From assembly GCF_009914755.1 (NCBI RefSeq), contig NC_060928.1: a stretch of 64,000 bases of DNA. One strand, given 5' to 3'. The position numbers were made by a program, and so were the translations under genes. The notes beneath the pieces are model-generated. The model did no database searches, was not told where the DNA came from, and saw only the letters and a program-made list of their open reading frames with translations. This stretch comes from the human T2T-CHM13v2.0 reference genome, Homo sapiens. Every line of letters starts with the position of its first letter. Position 1 is the first letter of the stretch. Below are positions 59,668 through 64,000 of this stretch, piece by piece.

Positions 59668-62384
59668 CTATAGGTAAGGAAGACACCAGCAGCCCTGGCT
59701 ACAGGTGTGTGTGTATGTTTATGTAATGCAAGATATATAGTTTATAAGTACAAATAAGAGAGATGACAAATGACAATCTTACTAGTCTGTGTTTCTGTCT
59801 TCTCCCTGCATTTGTGGAAGGTGGTTTCCTCTTCAGCTTTTTAATTGATACATTGATTATCCTTTCATTGTTTCCTGTATTTGCTGACTTTAGTTGGGCC
59901 TTCTGAAAGCAGGAAAAAGCTGACCACTCACAGTTTGTCTGAAAGATAAACAATTTGTATATATGTTAACAAACATTATTCAGAAAGTAAAAGATAGCTT
60001 TCCCAATCCTCTATTTCTATCTCTTCTGCAATGTCGTGCATTACATCGTTTCAACAGATGAGTGAGGTATGATTTCACCTCCTACTTAATCTTTGGGATG
60101 GGAAAAAGGGACAATCCCCTGCTTCGCAGATAAGAGAGAAAGGAGCCTCACTTCTTCACAATGCTTTATTCCTGATGCTACACAGAGGACCATTTTGATG
60201 TCTGGGTGGTGGACAAGACCTTTGTGTTTTATAAAGGAGAGTTAGTTCGGTTTAGGACACATTTGCTGAGTTATGAGGCTCTAAAACTTACACTGTGACT
60301 AGTGGCAGCTTTGGGTAAATTATGTTATAGTCTGATGAAGAACATTTTTCATTTGTTTGTGGTTTCTGTTAATGTATCTATCATGACATGTCTTGAGCAG
60401 CATTTTATTCTGTACAGCGCCAGGCATAGTGTCTTGCCAGTTAATGATCAACATATATTTGTAAAGTTAACAGATGAAGAAAATGAATTAAAGCCCCTCC
60501 TTTGGAGAAAGGAAGTGGGTACCTCCCTCTGATAGCATATTTTACATCTAAGATTCAATATACTTGCCATAGATCACACATGACTTTTCTAAAACCCTTT
60601 TCATACTCCCAGCTCAGTTAGGGTTAGGATTCTGCCTGAATCAAGCAGTTGAGGAACAGTTTGAGGCTTGTCCAACCAATGAGACGGAAAGTCATTTCTT
60701 AGAAGGTAAGAATAGGGTCTCAGAGAATGGAGGAGCGGATAAAATAAGCATCAAACACTTATCTCTTGGTTTGGAAAAATAGCTAATGACTAACAAGCCA
60801 AAAGCTTAGCCATCAAACTGGAAAGGAAATGGAATTTACTGGAAAAACCAAACATATACTGACTTGTTGAAAAATTTTAATGCTGATCCAAAAGCTTATA
60901 TCCAGGTGACTTGTATCCAACTTACTTTTTTCTTTCAGCAAACGTGTGTATGTGATGCTATTTTCCCCCTGAAGTTGCTATATTTTCATTTCACTATGCA
61001 TATGGAAGCTACTACCTTATAACCAGAAGCCTCAATCCCTCCCAGTCCCTACAAAGGCAGGCCTATACGTAACAATATTACCTGAATCTTCTTATGGACA
61101 ATCAGCTGAACACAGCATCTGGCCTGCTTTGCATTTTCCAACCCATATGCTTACCCAATATGAATGTAGATTAATAATATGCATCTCTAAGACACAAACC
61201 TATCAGGTTTGCTTTGCATATATAGCCACAAGCCGAGAAGCAGCTTATCTGGTTTCCTTATATCAAGGCAGATTGCCTCTCATAAGGGCAAGGTGGTGTC
61301 CTTTCCATATGTTTGCCAAAATGCTTATTTAATAGAAACTATTTATAAATGTTCAATATAGCACTTTTTTTTCCTTGAAAACCACACGTTCATGTTTGTT
61401 GAAGTTTTTTCTTTTCTCTTCTTTTTGACCACAACCGGCTTAACTTACTGGAAAAAATAATATTCATATTTAAAGAGGTAAATTTTCCAGCTGAAACTGA
61501 AAATACTGACTGCTTCATCCGTGATGATCTGAAAAACCAGCATTTCTCACAGAGGCTCATTTTGCTGAGTTAACATTTACATGTGTATGCTGAAAGAAAA
61601 TTAGGTTCCAAAGAAGTAGAGGGGCCCTGCCAGCCAAATGAACTCCCTTGAGATAATATTGCCAGGAATGGTCAGTACCGGTACTCAAAGCACTGAAATT
61701 GTAAAACTACAATTTCAGTTGTAAAAACAACTGAAAATCTTTTCTGAAAGCCTTTGAATGGTACCTGGACACTGACGCCCATATTGATGGGGCTGTGCTT
61801 CCTCTCCCACCCTTCCTTGTTTACCTCTGTTAACAGACAATGGGGTTTTGTTTTCTTCTGTTCTGCAAGCAGCAGAGCTGTGTCTGGCAATATGTGGTCC
61901 AGGATAAATAACTGCGGGAATTGGCTTTATATGCACATCAAAGGCAGCCTCAAAAGAGGAAAAGAAGTAGAGGGCTGTCGCCACTAAACTGCCTTAAGGA
62001 TGTATTGAGAAGGAGAGTGAAAAGATTAACCTTGATTTAGGCAGCCTCAGGTGCCCTATCACTCAGGAGTCTACAGGATGCCAACTCCATATTTAGCACT
62101 GTCTGGAAGCATGAACATTGCTTTCCTTTGCTATGCCTTGGTGACAACAGACTCCAAAGGCAAGACTTTGTTTCCCTCATGCTTTAACATATGAGAACAT
62201 GAGGAGTTTTCTGCTGCTACATTGTTTTGCAGACTAGAAGGAGCGGTAGTAAAGTCAAACGCAAGAATTAACAAACCATTCCTCTTCAGCTGAAGAACAA
62301 GTCAAGTGCTGCTTTTGCCAGGAGTCACACTTGGCTTTGTTGTTTTGCAATTGAATTTTTGAAATTTTTTACCTCCTTAGGGCT

Positions 62385-62531
62385 TTTTTTTTTTTCTTTT
62401 GTAGAAACAGGATGTCTCACTATTTTGCCCAGGTTGTTCTCAAACTCTTGACCTCAAGCAATCCTCCAAACTTGGCTTCCCAAAAGGATTACAGGCATTG
62501 GGATTACAGGCAGGAGCCACTTCACCCAGCT
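62385..62531 (-). mobile_element. Alu left monomer (FLAM_C-like)
   Basis: T tail, GTAGAAACAGGATGTCTCACTAT..CTCAAGCAATCCTCC..GGGATTACAGG. Confidence 0.75.
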
Positions 62532-62625
62532 GAGGCCTATTTTTACATTTTTTTCCTTTTGCAAAGAAAGCCCTGGCCATTCACACTAAGAAGTCTTGCT
62601 AATTGGGCAAGACTACCTTTGTCCT

Positions 62626-62958
<333 letters not shown>

Positions 62959-62970
62959 CTAGGTTTATAT

Positions 62971-63188
62971 CAGGGTTTCTCAACGGTGATACCACTGACA
63001 TTTGGGGCTAGATAATTCTTTGTTGTCAGGGCTGTCTTGTGCATTCTAGAATGTTTAGTACCTGGCTTCTACCTACTAGATGCCAGTAGCACCCCCATTC
63101 TACCTCCAAGTGTGACAACCAGAAATTTTTCCAGCCAATGCCAAATGTTTTCTGGGGCACAAAAATCACCACCGGTTGAGAACCACTG
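62971..63188 (-). mobile_element. MER20 hAT DNA transposon
   Basis: TIRs CAGGGTTTCTCAAC ... GTTGAGAACCACTG. Confidence 0.88.
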
Positions 63189-64000
63189 GTTATATGATTA
63201 GACGGAAAGAAAAAGAGAAAAAGAAAGATGCCTGGCTAGGCCAATTAGAGATCTTAGATAATTACTATATGCATGCAACATTAGATAGTTTTATTTTCAT
63301 TAAACTTTTAAATCTTTTAAAATCTCTTACAGACCCTACTTTGAAGCTAGCTTGATATAATGCTAATGTGACCTTGAACGATTTCTTTCTTCCTGAGTTT
63401 GCCTACTAGTATAGCTTAAAGATCCAAGTTACACTATTACTCACTTATATCATAGCCAGCATTGCTTGATCAGATTATCAGATAGATACAGTATCACGGA
63501 GACAAAATCCTTTCATTATGATGTAAGATAAAAAATATCTTTCATTAACAACACACGTAAAGGAAGTACCCACTGGACCAACTCAGGTTAGAAGGTGGAA
63601 TCTCTTTCTTATTTCTTATTTTGCAAGTTATAGACTACAGCCAGGAAACTCTGGAAAGAACTCTAACCATAACAGTTAAACAAGGTGCATGAGATGCTAG
63701 AAATGTATGTTTTGATAATTAGGCACATTGATTAAGAAGTATTTTCAGTTATTGGAAAAGTCTTTCCAATAAGCTGAATGTGCTACTTTCATTTTAGATG
63801 CTGCTTATTAGAAAAGGACCTAGTAAATGAGAGTGTTTGGGTTCAGAGCTAGAGAGTGAATTTTAGAGAAAAGCAATAGTTGTGACTCATTCACTTTCTA
63901 AACTTTTACACATAGTCATTTACGATAATTGTTTTCTTTGCAATGTATCTTCTTAAGTCTCCCCCTTTGTAGTGTCCTAATTACTGGTAGCACTTTTAGT

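Noticed and set aside
60618-60628. TTAGGGTTAGG telomere-like motif
   Set aside because: Fewer than two full units; chance expectation.

Overview
Primate (human-like) euchromatic DNA, about two-thirds transposable-element-derived. I recognise no host protein-coding exon, tRNA, functional rRNA gene or CRISPR array, so the window reads as a large intron or intergenic interval. Main landmarks: a full-length ~6.15 kb L1PA4-6-type LINE-1 (13295-19445, minus strand, 18-bp TSD) with an intact 338-aa ORF1, an intact endonuclease domain and a broken RT, nested inside an older L1MA; a two-LTR MST (MaLR) element carrying a Tigger2a insertion; a long, old L1ME; about 15 Alu/FLAM copies; solo LTRs (THE1, LTR1, MER67-like, MSTA/B, MLT1, MER61, LTR16); MER1A/MER5/MER20 DNA transposons; L2 and MIR relics; and a tailless 5S rRNA retropseudogene. 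The most notable unexplained signals are a ~100-nt pre-miRNA-like hairpin in apparently unique DNA (7698-7799), a perfect 20/20 p53 response element in the MER61 LTR (47531-47550), a micro-inversion between two MER5 elements (29408-29549), a short templated insertion (37128-37162) and a cluster of overlapping palindromes (61674-61736). Subfamily names come from recalled consensus sequences and need confirming with RepeatMasker/Dfam. I found no evidence for a new multi-gene system.
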